Shown: positions 12,550-27,139, counted from the stretch's first letter. The stretch: DNA of 64,000 bases from Torpedo marmorata (GCA_977017645.1 OZ360236.1:35092001-35156000); one strand, 5' to 3'. Notes: generated by a model from the letters alone, not told the origin. Numbers and translations are program-made.

Positions 12550-13681
12550 GGGACATGAGAAGGCCTTGGCAAGTTGGATTAAGGAAAATCCTAAGGTGTT
12601 CTATGCATATGTGAAGAACAGAAGGATAACAAGGTAGATCCGCTTCAGGATAAAGGAGGTAACGTGCCTGGAGGTGGAGAAGGTAGGGGTGGTCCTAAAT
12701 GAATACTTTGCTTCAATGTTCACCAGAGAGAGGGACCTTGGTCAATGTGAGGTCAGAATAGAACAAGTGTATGTTGCTGGAGTATGTTGAGGTTAAGAAA
12801 GAGGAAGTGCTGGATCTTCTTAAAAACATTAGGATTGATAAGTCCCTGGGACTGAATGAGATATACCCCAGGTTACTACTGGAATCGAGGGAAGATATTG
12901 CTGGGGCATTGACAATGAACTTTGTGTCCTCCCTGGCCACAGGGGAGGTATGTGAGGATTGGAGAATGGTAAATGTTGTCCCCTTGTTTTAAAATGTAAT
13001 AGGAGGAATCCTGGGAATTATAGACCAGTGATACTACATCAGTGGTGGGCAAACTATTGGAGAGGATTGTTAGGGTCAGGATTTATGAGCATTTAGAGAA
13101 GTATAGTTTTCTCAGGGATGGTCCGCATGGCTTTGTGAGGAGTAGGTCGTGCTTCACGAGCCTAATTGAGTTTTCTGAGGAGGCAACAAAAGAAATTGAT
13201 GAAAGTAGGATGGTAGATGTGGTGCATATGGATTTTAGTAAGGCACTTGACAAGGTCACCACCCATTGCAGACTCATTCAGAAAGTCGTGAGGCATGGAA
13301 TCCATTCAACCTTTGCTGTATGGATTCAGAATTGGCTTGCCTGCATAAAGTGGAGAGCAGCAGTGGATGGAATGTATTCTGCCTGGAGGTCAGTGGTGAG
13401 TGGAGTTCCATAGGGATCTGTTCTGGGACCCCTGCTCTGTCATTTTTATCAATGACCTGGATGAAGAAGTAGAGGGATGGGTCAGTAAGTTTGCAGATGA
13501 CACGAAGGTTGGAGGTGTTGTGGATAGTGTAGAAGGTTGTCGTAGGTTACAACAGGATATAGACAGGATGCAGGGTTGGGTGGGAAAGTGGCAGATGGAG
13601 TTCAATCTGGATAAGTGTGAAATGATGCATTTTGGAAGGTCAAACTCGAAGGCAGAGTACATGGTTAATGGCAGGAGACTT

Positions 13682-14082
13682 TTCTTTTTAAAATATTTTT
13701 ATTGAGTTTAACATATAAACAAACATACAAGAAAAAAAAAAGAAAACCTATAATCATACAAATTCAAAGGAAAAACAAGCAAATGAAACTACATTAACCA
13801 GTTCCCAAGTTTAAATATAGAACAAGTTATGAATATGTTATAAATTCATGTAAAAACTCATATTCCAAATTATTGGCTAAAATATAAAATGTAAAAAAAA
13901 TTTTTTTTAAAAGAAAAAATTCTAAAAGCTAATTCTAATCTAACCCCTCCCTCTATAAAAGGTTACTTTATAACAGAGAAAATGGATCAGATAGCGATCT
14001 CCAGTTCTCAGACAGAGAATCCTCGGAACATTCACGTTTACTAATTCTTCCAATCATGATAGTATTCTATAAATGGGCCCCA
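13682..14082 (-). mobile_element. L1 3' end nested in CR1
   Basis: Minus strand reads WGPFIEYYHDWKN*, then a UTR, AATAAA and an A-rich tail. 15-bp TSD AATGGCAGGAG(A/T)CTT at 13667-13681 and 14083-14097. Confidence 0.8.
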
Positions 14083-16247
14083 AATGGCAGGAGTCTTAAC
14101 AGTGTGGAAGAACAGGGGGACCTTGGGTTCCAAATCCATAGCTCTCTCAAGCTTCCGCGCAGGTTGATCGGGTAGTTAAGAAAACTTACAGTATTCTGGC
14201 CTTTATTAGTCACGGGATTGAGTTCAAGAGTCGAGAGGTAATGTTGCAGTTTGATAAAACTGGTTAGGTCACACTTGGAATATTGTGTTCAGTTCTGGTC
14301 ACCTCATGACAGGAAGGATGTGGAAGTTATTTTCGAGGGTGCAGAGGAAATTTACCAGGATGTTGCCTGGAGTGGAGATTGTGTCTTATGAGGCAAGGTT
14401 AGCAGAGCTTTAGCTTTTCTCTTCGGAGCAAAGAAGGATAAGAGGAGACTTAATAGAGGTCTACAAGATTATGAGGCATAGATAGCGTGGACAGCCACCA
14501 CCTTTTTCCCAGGGTGAGAGTAGCAAACACGAGAGGGCATCTGTACAAAGTGAGGGGAGGAAAGTTTAGGGGAGACTTCAGGGATAGGTTTTTTATACAG
14601 AGTAATGGTTGCCTGGAATGCGTTGCCACGGGTGGTGGTGGAGGCTGGTGCAAGAGGGGCATTTAAAAGTCTCTTAGACAGGCATGTAGATGGAAGAAAA
14701 CAAGGTTATGAGTTAGGCAAGGTTTAGTTTTTTTGAGTACGTTTATATAGGTTGGCACAACATCGTGGGCCGAAGGGCCTGCACTGTGCTGTAATGTTCT
14801 ATGGACCATCTCTCTGCCTCCACCATACAAGACACAATCTTGACAGTGTCCTGTTCTCCTTAAAACACACTCAAATCCTAAATTCTAATTGTATTATTTT
14901 AAAGTCCTCTGGTATTGAGTATTAGCATTGAGTTTATTGATAGTGTTGGATCCAGTGTTTGGCAGTTAAATGAGTACCCATCAGGAAAGTTCAATAGTTA
15001 ACTACTCTGTCTAACTGTATTAGAGGTGAATTTTACAATAAAGTTTCCCACAGGTTGAATGATGGTAGGTGCCAATCTACCTAATGATTTCAACTGCTTT
15101 TCTGGAAAATGCAAAACAAAGACCTTTATCAGACTCATGGATGACAGTCCCCTCTCTTGCTTATGAGGAGTACAAGCAAAAATACTTGAGCAAACCTAAT
15201 TACATTCCAAGTGGAAAAAGGCTCTTATCTGCAAACTTCCCATGATGTTATCTGAGAGAAGCTACTGTGGAATATGATTAACTTTGGGAAGTGAAAAAGT
15301 TCACACCATGTAAAACTTTATTGAAATCAATATTGTCAGGCAACACACCATATTGGAATTAAGTGACGCATTGAATTAATCTGTTACAGTTTTGCTTTGT
15401 TCTACAAAAACTGGCCAAAAAGTAATTGAATCAAATCAATGTTTGTGTTTTTCTTGAGGACACTTTAAGTGACTCAAGTTATAACAGTTGTCAATCATTT
15501 GTGAAGCTAATGTCCCAATCTAAAATTATGTGTAGTTGGAGTAGTTAAAACAGGTAAATATCAGAGTGGCAATGTAACCAGAAAAAAAAAAAACAATTTT
15601 GTGTGTTGGTACAAAATAAGAATAATATTTCTCACTTCTCTCAATACCTCAATTTGCTAAAGAAACCATCCTTGTACCCTCTGTAATGAAGCTAGTTCTC
15701 TCGGAAGTTTATTTGTTCCAAAAATGATACATTACATGACATACATGGAGATGTTTTTATGTTAATGTAAATAGTTATCCAAAACCCATTGTCGTGGTGA
15801 TGATAGAAAAAGAGGGAGGCCCCTAAATAGGCTTCAGTCATCACTGACTACTCTCTTTTTCATTCAATTACCTCAAAAGCACCATATATGGAATGTGGCA
15901 TTTAACATTTTATATTTGTAAAGTTTGCAATATTGAAAGTGTACTAGTTCTGATAAGTGTGATTGTATAATATACACCTGTAGTATGAACTTGCATCATA
16001 GTGTAAATCTTGCAGTGTATTGTGATGTTCACATATCTTCCATATATAGAACTGTTTAATTAACTGTATTTTCTTCCTTGATCTAGATCTGTGACTTTAC
16101 CTGTTCATTTTGCCTTTAACAGTTTCCACTCTCCTGTCCCTGTCTAATTATCTCCATCAATTGTTAATCTTACTGCACCTTCATTCGCACATTAGATCCT
16201 CTACTTATTTCTTGAATTGAGGCCCAACCAATTCTAAACCACCAATA

Positions 16248-16815
16248 CAAGATCAAGATTCTTTTATTATCATTTTCACAAAATATACAAAATTTGTTTT
16301 CCTTTGTTTGCTCTGTGAAGATTTTTAAAAAAAGAGACACCACTAGTCTCTATCAAAGTGAAAAACAGAAACAAAAGAGAATCCCTTCAGAGACATAGAG
16401 GGTCTATGCATCTTTCCACTTCCTCCCATGCTGCTGTGCCCAGCGCTCCCATAACTGTCATTGCTGCATGGCCTTCTGACTGGTCCAGCAGTGAACCTGA
16501 GCTCCAGACATCCAAGTAACCCTCCTTGGCCTCCTGGTTCCTGGACCCCCAATTTGGAAGCCATCAATGCCTGAAGTCCTTTGGGAGTCCTTCTTGCCAT
16601 CAGCACCCTCATGAATCCTGATCTCAATACCTGGTTCACACATGCTGATAGCCAGCAGCCCATGGCCTGGACTGAGGCCATCGGCCATTGATCCCTGGCT
16701 CTGGTCCACTGCTGTGGTCTCCTAACCTGCAGGGCTACCTCGCAAGCTTCTCCTTCTTGGCGGATGAGTGTTCATTTGTTCTGGTACCCTGAGCTAATCC
16801 ATTGCTTCCCTGGAA
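16248..16815 (-). mobile_element. Decayed family-A-related GC-rich retroposon
   Basis: On the minus strand: tail GATAATAAAAGAATCTTGATCTTG, plus CTCTGAAGGGA..CTCTTTTG and GGGAGCGCTGG motifs shared with 56836-57642. Confidence 0.6.
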
Positions 16816-18110
16816 CCCATATATTTATACCCACAAGTATGTAGAACTACAGTATTACATTCTGATTATCCAAGTAAATTGGAGCCATCTCAATATTTTA
16901 TGCACTGCTTTATTTAAGCAGTGTCAGCGTTAATAATTTCTTCCAAATCCATGTTAGTTGTTCCTGGTGGTCTTCATGATTTGAGGTGGGCTGCCATGGT
17001 TCTAATTACAATATTCTCATGGATTTTGCTGATAATAAATGCAAAATAACAACTGTAATTTCCTGCTTAATCCTTTCCTTCAGCTGAGTAAATGCTCTGT
17101 TGCAGGGAATTGCCTGAGCCATAACTACACAGCTGATTATGGAATCATGTGCCTCAGAAATTGACTGCTTGGAAAGTCCTGTAATCATTTCTAGCTCTGT
17201 GCTGAGTCAGTGTTCCAGTGGTAATGTGGATACCTCAGCTTAGTTTTGATTTAGTGCAGAGATAATCAATTCCAGTACTTGATCCTACTTAGAGTGTAAC
17301 TGCTTGCAAATTAGGGAGGGCAAGATTGTGTAAAGTCCAGCCACGTAATGCTCTCGAAACATAGTTTTGGGTATAATTATAGAATGGCTTCACCAAATTA
17401 TACCTCTTGTGTATGTGACTAACTTCAGGAAAAGATGTGTAGTAAAGACAGAAGAAAGGAAACAATTACAGTAATCCTGAATCCAAATAGAAGAAACAAT
17501 CACGTTTGAGAATATACCACACAAGTTTGTAAATCCACGCAGCTCTTTGATGTGACTGTTTTTTACGTATCGTTACCCTGGCAACAGACAATTTCTCCAC
17601 AGGAATACTTCTCTGTCTTTGCATTGGGTAGCAAAAATGAAGAAAAGAGAACTGTTTAAAAAAAATACAAAAAAAAATCCCAATGGTAAATGTGGTGGGA
17701 AGTATTCTGTTCATTGTAATCTGTCCTGCTTAATTCACAATGATGATTAGACTCATTGATATACCTTTACAAATCTGGTTACATCTAACAGATATTCTCC
17801 ATTCTTTTTCTGTATGTTTTCTTCCTCCTTTCATTTCCTTTTTTTCTCTTCCCATTAATTGTCATGGAAATTCGCCAAGTACAATTTTTAAAAATGTATT
17901 TACCACTGCAAGTAATTTTGTAAGCTTACAACAGTATAAAATCAGATTTGGAAACCAGTATTGCATTCCAAATAAATAGTTTCAGATATGATGTAATTAA
18001 GTAGTTAAATTATTGTGCCTTTCTAATATGTCCAGTTATCTGTTTCATATTTAAGGTTAAGATTCTTACTAAATCACCATAAAACTTGATGTGAAATTCT
18101 TTTTTATTTT

Positions 18111-20007
18111 ATCAGAATCAGAATTTACTGTCATGAATAAGTCATGAAATTTGGTGTTTTGTGGCAGCATCATAGTGCAAACATTCATATTATAACCATC
18201 TTACGACATTACTATAAAAATATATATAAATAATAGTGCACGAAAAGTAAGGCAGTGTCTTTTGGTTCATTGATTATTCAGGAATCTGATGGCAGCGGGG
18301 AAGAAGCTGTCCTTATGCCGTTGAGTGCTCGTCTTTAGGCTCCTGTACCTTTTTCCCCATGGTAGCAGAGTGAAGAGGTCATGGCCTGGGTGGTGGGGGT
18401 GTTTGAGGATAAAGGCTGCTTTTTTAAGACAACGCCTCATATAGATGTCCTTGATGGAGTGAAATCTGGTGCCGTGATGTCACAGGCCGAGTTAACAATC
18501 CTCTGGAGTTTATTCTTGTCCTGAGAGTTGGCACCTCCATACCAGGCAGTGATGCAACCAGCCAGAATGTTCTCCACGGTACACCTGTAGAAGTTTACGA
18601 GAGTCTTCGGTGACATACTGAATCTCCTCAGTCACCTCAAAGTATAGCCGCTGGCGAGCCTTCTTTGTGATTGCATCAACGTGGAGGCTCCAGGACAGAT
18701 CCTCAGAGATGTTGACACCCAGGAATTTGAAGTTCTTGACCCTCTTCACTACTGAGCCATCGATGAGGACTGAGTCGTGTTCCCCTGACTTCCTCCTGAA
18801 GTTCAGAATCATCTCCTTGGTTTTGCTGACGTTGAGCGCAAGGTTGTTGTCGTTACACCATTCAACGAGCTGATCTATCTCCCTCCTGTACGCTTCCTCA
18901 TTGCTGTTTGTGATTCTGCCGACAACTGTGGTGTCATCGGCAAACTTATAGATGGCATTGGAATTGTGCCTGGCCACACAGTCGTGGGTGTATAACGAGT
19001 AGAGCAGTGGGCTAAGCTCGCATCCTTGGGGTGCGCCTGTGTTGATAATCAGTGAGGAGGAGACGTTGTTTCCAATTCGTACTGACTGTGGTCTTCCGAT
19101 GAGAAAGTCAAGGATCCAGTTGCAGAGTGGGGTACAGAGGCCTAGAGCTTGTAGCTTCTTGACCAGCACTGAGGGAATAATGGTATTGAAGGCCGAGCTG
19201 TAGTCGATGAAGAGCAGCCGTATGTATGAATTGCTGTTTTCGAGGTGATCCAGAGCTGAGTGGAGAGCCAGCGATATTGTATCTGCTGTGGAGCGATTGT
19301 GATGATAGGCGAATTGCAGTAGGTCCAGATCTTTGCTTAGGTATGTGTTAATTCTGGCCATGACCAGCCTCTCAAAGCATTTCATCACAGTAGAAATTAG
19401 TGCTACTGGGCGGTAGTTGTTGAGGCAGCTCACACTACTCTTTTTGGGTACCGGGATGATTGATGCCCTTTTGAAGCAGGTGGGAACCTCTGACTGTCCG
19501 TGAACACTCCGGCTGGTTGGTTGGCGCAGATTTTCAGTACCCTGGCAGGTACGCCGTCAGGGCCTGACGCCTTGCGAGGGTTCACCCTCTTGAATGATGT
19601 TCTGACGTCGCCCTCAGAGACAGATATCACAGGGTCCTCAGCCTTTTCAGGGATTCTAGTAGGCACTGTTTGGTTCTTCTTCTCAAAGCGGGCACAGAAG
19701 GTGTTCAGCTCATCGAGTAGTGAAGCATCACAGCTGTCTATCGTGTTCGCCCTCGCTTTGTAGGCTGTAATGGTTGCACTCCCTGCCATAGCTGGCGTGT
19801 ATCTGTCTTTATCTCTGTCTCTAGCTTCCTCCGGAATTGCCACTTTGCTTCAGAGATGGCCTTCCGCAGGTCGTGCCTGGACTTCTTGTAAAGATCCCGA
19901 TCCCCGGCCTTAAACACCCTTATTCTCGCCCTCAGCAGGTTGTGAATTCTCTGATTCATCCAGGGCTTCTGGTTGGGGAACACCCGGTATTTGCGCGTGG
20001 GCACAAT
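18111..20007 (-). mobile_element. Rex1/Babar-type non-LTR retrotransposon, 5'-truncated, with an intact RT core frame
   Basis: ORF 18510-19433 has [38 protein letters not shown] and [11 protein letters not shown]. Upstream FPNQKPWMN and KASGPDGVP. Tail CATGACAGTAAA(TTCTGA)n. Confidence 0.93.
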
Positions 20008-20394
20008 CCTTAGCATTAGATTATTATGTTTGACATGATCAAAATTGACCTGTTACCCGATAGTTTCCAAGAATTTAGGAAATTTCTTGCAATGAATGCA
20101 AAAATTCCACAATACTTTTTTTCCAATTTAATTTGTGCAGTCAATGTGAAAATCAAAGTTCCATATGTTTATTACATTAAGTTTATTTCTTGATACAACT
20201 CGGCTACTGATAAGGAGCCTGTAAATCGATCTTTATAATATTTCCTTTCCTTTATCATTTTTAATGCCCATTCAGGATGATTCTGCTTTCTGATCTTCTC
20301 TACTACTGTTCTTGTGTCTACCTCGAAATGTGTACGCAGTTAAACATGCTGAACTGTTGATTATATTGTACATTTAGCACTTAGTGATAATTTT

Positions 20395-20620
20395 CCAGAC
20401 AATTATCTTTTATCATCAGGGCTACTCATCCCTTCTCTTTAATTGCATTGTCTTTTTGAAATGCTGCTCCCTAAAATATGCACTATGCAACCTTGGTCAC
20501 GATCTAACCACATCTCTGTGATGGCTATTAGATCAAACCCATTTATCTCAATTTGTGTCATTAATTCATTAACCTCCCAACAAATGTTATATGTATGCAA
20601 AAATGGCTTTGGTTGTTGCT
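20395..20620 (-). mobile_element. Old CR1 endonuclease N-terminal fragment
   Basis: Minus-strand translation VNELMTQIEINGFDLIAITEMWL. Confidence 0.55.
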
Positions 20621-22909
20621 GATTTTGCCTTTTTCATGACCCCACTGTTACCATAAAATTCTTTCTGCTTTCCACCAGTCCTTGCCTATCATTACCCAAA
20701 CTAACAGACTGCTCTTTGCCTTGAATTGTTCTTGAGAATTTTTACATTTTCCCTCACATTAACAGTCCCCCTTTTTAACTTTGAATTAATTAGAATAGAT
20801 TTAAGTGAGCTTACCTGGGGAAAAAACACAAATGGATTGATGCATCAAGGATGTGGGTATGTCTTTATACCAAAGCTTAATAATTTTAAGAAGTTGTTCT
20901 TCATGTGCTTTTATATAATAGGATATATTTGTACTAAAACTCTTTTGATGGCCTACATGTTAGTGTATTTTTGTACAGCTGTCCCTCCGTTTGAATAATT
21001 GCTTCTGACTGAAGTGGACAGGTCAATGCAGAGAAATGCTCAACAGAAACAACATGCCAGAAACTTATTTTCCTCAGGATAGCAACACTTGCTGGATTCC
21101 TCCAGAACACTTCACCATCAGAATGTTGGAGGTAATATTAATCTTCCCAGAACTGACTCAGAGATGCATTGGCACCACCCAATTTCAAACTTTTACAGGA
21201 GGAAGAACATCTTGTAATAACAATTTCCAATTACCCATTGGGGCATGGATCTTCGGGCTGCACCAAGAAGTGGCAATAGAACAGGAATAAGAAAATCCTG
21301 AGTATATAAACACCAGGAGAAGTGTCACTTCAAGGAAATCATAGCTTATTTGTTGTTTTAATATAAAATTGGCATTTGTGTTGTACTTTATTATTTAGGT
21401 AATGGTATGAGAAAAGGTCCAGTTATTTGATTTGGACAGGGGATGAAAGATAACATGCCAAAGAGGATGGATGTACCATACTGTTCGATGATGGATTGTC
21501 AATTGAAGGATTAATCCTGCATTCAAAATAGATGCGAAGGAGATATGGAATTGGTATCAAATACAGTCTTGGAAAGGGGCCCCAACGTGAAAAGTTAAGT
21601 ATCCATTTCTCTCCAAGGCTTTGCCTGACTTGTTGAGTCTCTCTGGCCACTTTTAGTTTGCCCACATTAAGCATGATATCAGTGCTGAGTAAGAGAGATA
21701 ATGGTAACTTGGACATGTCCTCCTTGTGCATTCATTCACTGAGAAGTTCTCAGCTAAGAGAATCAGAAGTACAACTGAATGCCCATGAATAGCTTCACCA
21801 TCTGAAAAGCAAAACTAGCACTAAAGATGTTATCTAAAACCATGGATCTAATAAAGTGACTATCAACTTTTTGTTAAAAGTGTGAATTTTTAGCAAAATA
21901 ATTAGTGCACAGAAGATGTACATTCCTGCTGTTCAAGAACCTGTAATCCAAACTCAGCCCATGAATTTTGAAGATCCATGGTTGGCACTTAATAGCCTGC
22001 TGAGAATAATCTCGTGCAACAGAATGTTCATACCCAATGGTATGGAAACTGAAGATGTTGCTCGAAAGCAACTATTGTTCCTCCATTACTATTTACATTG
22101 GTATAGCTATTAAATAGGTATGGTTATTTACATTGGTAATGGTTATTAAAATGTGAGGCTACCTAAAAGTAGACTGAGTGGACAAATAAATGGAAGCTTC
22201 CGATATCTTCCTCATCATTGCCAAACAGCTTGGCACCATTTTTCCCCTCACTGACAGGAATAGTGCTTGGAACTTTTTTTTAATTGGTGAAGTGAAGGCT
22301 ATAATATCAGTGAGGTTCCAATCATCAATTCTGTTCCAAAATCAAGGTGAAACCCAAAAGGCTTCATGAACAACATAAAAGAAATAATCGAGAGAATACA
22401 ACTACTGCTAAACAAATCAGCTACAGGAAGTGCACTGCATGAATATAGGACACAACACACACCATGCTGATCCTAGGAGAACGAAATACTGTTGGCAAAG
22501 TTCATCAATGCCCAAGAGTTTGGATACACCAACAACTTTCTTGGATTCCTTGCATAAAGACAGAGTGACAAAATGCCAGGAAACATAGAACATCTCAATT
22601 TCTCACACTGCAACTGGAAATCCTTGAATCTGCTTGGCCAACTTGATGCAGTTTCCAAGTCCTCTCAGTGCTGATGCTGTTGCAACCAACCTCCCAGCAA
22701 TTTGCAGGCAATAACTAGTGTCCAAAAACAAACAGATGTTTCCTCTGATGTGATGGCCAACTACCAAGCTTTCTCTGGTGTGATGAGCAACTACCAAAGC
22801 CTTCAAGGATAAGCCAGTGCCACTGAACTCTTCGAATGATTAGTATCCTGTTTAAAAACTGAAAGTTTGGCATCTATCCTGACAAGACATTCCAGACATG
22901 AACACTTAA

Positions 22910-23048
22910 GAGTCATATCATTGTTCAGGATAGAAATGGGCCTTTGGGTCCAACTCGTCCATGCCAACCATGCCTTCCTGAGCTAGTCCCATTTTCCTGC
23001 ATTTGGCTCATATCCCTCAAAACCTTTTCTACGCATAAATCTGTCCAT
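22910..23048 (-). mobile_element. CR1 3'-end fragment
   Basis: Minus strand reads GGCATGGACGAGTTGGACCCAAAGGCCCATTTCTATCCTG, a CR1-type tail. Confidence 0.6.
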
Positions 23049-23437
23049 ACGACAACAAGAGCCCCCACCAAGATGTCAATTTCTGCATCTGCCCTTGTAA
23101 ATATCCACGTAACAGTAAATATGCTTTGTACCATATTTTGGATATTCATCTATGATCTCGACATTGCATCACCAACCCAAACATTCGCACATGACACAAT
23201 TTCTGAAATGCTATTTCTGGGCTTGGCACCTTTGACCCAAACCAGAAGCCAGGGCATGTCAATGTTCCACATGACCAACAATGTTCTACCTGCAGAAGAA
23301 CTTAAGATTTTTGTTTTGCTGAAAGGAACTTACCCATGACCCTCACCTGTTTCAGAATGGAGCTCTGCTTCAGGGCTCTGCAGACTCTACACAACCATCG
23401 ATGGATAGGAAAAGAGAGACACACACAGAGGTAGGGA

Positions 23438-24484
23438 TTAATGGAAATTGGAGAAGTCGGTGTAAACGCTGTTTAGTTGGAGACTGCCAAGATGGAATAC
23501 AAGGTGATACTCCTCCAATTTGCGGGTGGCCTCGGTTTAGCAGTACATGAGGCCATGGACAGACATGTTGGTGAGGTAAAGGTGTATAGAATTAAAATGG
23601 TTGACCACTGGGTGGTTCTTGCTGTTGCAAAAGATATGGCGAAGGTGCTCAATGAAACCATGTCCCAGTTCTGTGTCCATTCTCCCCGATGTAGAACATG
23701 CTGTAAATGACCTTTGTAGATTCACAAGTGAAGTGTTGCTTCACTTGGAAGGACTGTCTGGTGTACTGGATAGTGCTGAGGAAGGAGGTGAGGGTGCAAG
23801 TTTAGCATTCCTTGTGGTCACAGAGGTAGGTACCAAGGGAACAATTTGGGGAAAGGGATAAGTGGACGAGGGTGTCCCAAAGGAAGCGGTCTCCATAGAG
23901 AGGGGAGGGGGGAAGATGTGTCTGGTGGAGGGATCCCGTTTTACGTGCCTGAAATTGTGGAGAATAGTATGTCGGATGTGAAGGCTGGGGGTGGGGAGGG
24001 GGGTGGGGGGTGGTGGTGGTAGGTGAGGACAAGAGGGATCCTGTCCTTGTTGCATCTCGCAGCAGAAAGGGCCAGGGCAGATGAGCGGGAAATAAAGAAG
24101 AGGTGGGTGAGGGCTGAGTTAATGGCAGAAGAGGGGATGCTGTGTTTTTTGAAGGAGGACATCTCAGATGTCCTGCAATGGAAGATCTCATTCTGGGAGT
24201 ATATGTGGCAGAGATGGAGGCATTAAGAGAAAGGAATAGAATCCTTACAAGAGACAGGGTGTGAAGAGGTGTAGTCGAGGTTACTGCGCGAATTGGTAGG
24301 TTTATTCAAGATGGCTGTAGTAAGTTTGCCTCCCGAGATGGAGACCGAGAGATCGAGAAAAGGGAGAATGTTGCCAGAGATAGGCAAAGTAAATTTGAGG
24401 TCAAGGTGAAAGATGGCAGCAAAGTGGATAAAGTTGATGAGATCATTACTGGTGCAAGAATGAGTACCGATGTCGTCAATGTAG
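23438..24484 (-). mobile_element. Penelope-like element fragment (RT C-terminus and GIY-YIG)
   Basis: Minus strand has YIDDIG at ~24480, NKDRIPLVLTYH, RHTILHNFRH, and C-terminal ATRKLEEYHLVFHLGSLQ...DFSNFH*. Confidence 0.82.
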
Positions 24485-24571
24485 CAGTAATAGCAGAGTA
24501 CTTTATTTGGACAGATCCTCGATGAGTAAAGGACTGAAAGGTTCTCGTAGATAGAAATACAGACTTGGGTA

Positions 24572-24936
24572 CAGGTGCTCCCCTACTTACGATGGTCCGA
24601 CTTACGATTTTTCGAAGTTACGATGGTTCGAAGGTGCAATTTCGAATTCCGATCTGTTCCCGCGCTTGCGATATGCGGTACGCTACTCTTGCGATGCTGG
24701 GCGATGGCAGCATCGCGTGAGAGTATCGTACAGCATACTCTTTCGCGATGCTGACTCAACCATGCCCAGTGTGCTTTCAGCTGTGTACGTTAATGGTTTT
24801 TTCAGTGTGGAATTAAAGGTATTCAAAATTTAATTATAAAAAATGGTAGGTGCGGTATTCTTTATCGACTTACGATTTTTTCGACTTACGATGCGTTTTC
24901 CAGAACGTAACCCCATCGTAAATTGAGGAGCACCTG
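24572..24936. mobile_element. pogo/Tigger-like MITE
   Basis: TA-CAGGTGCTCCCCTACTTACGAT ... ATCGTAAATTGAGGAGCACCTG-TA, with internal GACTTACGA repeats. CpG-rich, so probably young. Confidence 0.85.
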
Positions 24937-25682
24937 TATTACAATCTTACTAAATGGGGGAACAGGCTCAAGAGGCTAATTTTGAAATTATTTATGCATT
25001 TACTGTTTTGTGAATATTAAATTATGGTTGGGTCATTTCAAATGTTGATAGAGGAATTAATTTTCTGCTCCAGCTTGAGAAAATATTTTCATAGATTTGA
25101 TTGTTTAACCTTGTATTTGTTCGCGTGTGGCTTTTTTTGGGATGGTTATTAAAGAATGCAGAATCCAGAAGTAGATATTGTGATATTTTTCTTCATGATT
25201 GTGGTTTATAATTTGACCTAAATGTCACTTTAATAAATTTGTGCTTTTTTCCAAAATACATTTTTCCACAATGTTCAGACATGACAGATAAACGATTTTC
25301 TATTTCAATGAAATCTAAAAATACTAATTTTACTGCACCCATCGAACAAAACTAGGACGTGTTCCCAGTTGTAAACCTCCTCCATATATTGATAATTAGT
25401 TTCACGGTTCCCAAGTTAATGATCTAATTACTTAATTTGGAAAACATTGGTGAATTGAGCTGTATGGAGGAAAACACTCGATGAGGTAATGAATGTGTAT
25501 CGGTTACAAGTACCAATCTTCTGACTATTATTTGACTTTATTGGTGTGATCATGATGCTTTCTGGAACAAGAAAACGACTCACTATCCTGAAAGAACTTC
25601 AGACTACTTTGGTAGGATGTTTTGCTGCATCATTTCTAGATATGAAGTACCAATGCCTTCAGAAAACATCATGACAGTATTA

Positions 25683-26003
25683 CGGTAGAAGTCCAAAAAT
25701 CTGGATGCAGAAATCCAGACCACCTGAGAATCCAGACTTTTCAAAAACTCTCAAACTTTTTAAATCTAGCAGGCTTTTGTGTGCGTGTGGACATGCGTAA
25801 GCACCACAGATGCACAGAGGCATTTTTATTTTTCTTTAAAACTGCTCATTTTGATAAATGAAGCATGCTGTATTTGCTAATGAATAAACTATCAAAATTT
25901 ACCTGTTCATCTCTTTATTCCTCCTTAAAAGTACTGCCTGAGAATCCCGGAAAATCCCAACCAAACCAATCCCTGAGCAGTCCGGTTTTTCGGATTTCTA
26001 CTG
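25683..26003. mobile_element. pogo/Tigger-like MITE
   Basis: TA-CGGTAGAAGTCCAAAAA ... TTTTTCGGATTTCTACTG-TA. Confidence 0.75.
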
Positions 26004-27139
26004 TAATTCACTGGCAGGTAAAATATTTTAAATGTAAATATTTGCCTTCGTATTTACTGCATGGACTTCTTTAGAAAAGTTAGCTTAATTAACTGCAAAT
26101 GTAATGTTCTGAAGTATACTGATATGTTCAGAATACCTGAGGATGGAGTTCTCAATGAAGGAGAAAGTTTCTTAAGCTGTTGTCTTGTATGTTTACTTAG
26201 TCTCTATCAAGATAGTGATTAAACTGTTGCTTAGATTTTTCTACATCCCCATAACCTTTGCTTCAAGTGGTTTAGCACACCTTTTTTTGAACCAGCATTG
26301 GTACTTTCATTCAACTGCTGACACTCTTGTTTACATAAGCTTACCACCCATTCATGCTGTTTCATTTTCCAAAATAAAAATGAGACCCGAGACTGCGATT
26401 AAAGAAGAATCTTTCCTTGAAAAGTTCTTGACAACCTTTAATTATTACTTTTGAATGATAACAGAAGGCATTCCCGTAGAGAAGATTGGAAGGAATTAGC
26501 ACTAAGATCATGGATTAAAAACTTTAAAAAAAACAACTGTGATAATAAAGTAGTTAACATCAATGTTCTGATTGCCTCTAGTTTTATATTCATAACATTT
26601 TTGTAGCTTCCTAAATTCATGCAAACATTGCATTGGACAGGTGCGTTTAAATTCGTATAAAAGGAATAAATGTTTTCTTTATTTTTGATGGTGAAGGCGG
26701 CACATTCTGGTGAAAAGACATTGTCTGTAGAATGAACCTGATTATGAACAGTCATTTGTTCTGCTCCCCTCACCATTAATACAGAGCATTGCCTCGAACC
26801 ACATGAATACAAATAATGTACTAACCTAACTAAGGTGAGTAGTGGGTTTAAACTGGGGATGAAAACAGAATTTTCTGGAAATATTCAGCAGATCATGCAG
26901 GATCTGTGGAGAGAGAAACGAGGTTAACTTTTTAGGTCAGTTGCCTTACCTCAAAAGTGAAACTGGTCAGCAGTTTATAGTGCTCAAATGTGCACAGAGT
27001 GAGGAACAAACACAGACGTGCAGAAACGAACAAAGGGGAACACCTGTAACAAGATGAAAAGCAGAAGACATTAAATAGCGACATGGAGAACAGAAATGTA
27101 GGGTACAATGGAGAGGTTACTAGCAAACCAAGGGAGGAA

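Larger units (their letters stand above)
11441..14803 (+). mobile_element. CR1 LINE ORF2 and 3' UTR, degraded, with three nested insertions
   Basis: Motifs LDLVLGNE, W.MVNVVPLF, NYRPV, HGFV.SRSC.T.LIEF, VDVVHMDFSKA.DK, SKFADDTKVGG and WQMEFN.DKC. 3' end GTGGGCCGAAGGGCCTGCACTGTGCTGTAATGTTCTATG. Confidence 0.92.

Noticed and set aside
17190-17400. Possible ancient SINE relic
   Set aside because: Similarity is too weak to support without an HMM search.
21000-22900. Additional Penelope-like fragments
   Set aside because: Only faint motif traces; boundaries cannot be set by eye.
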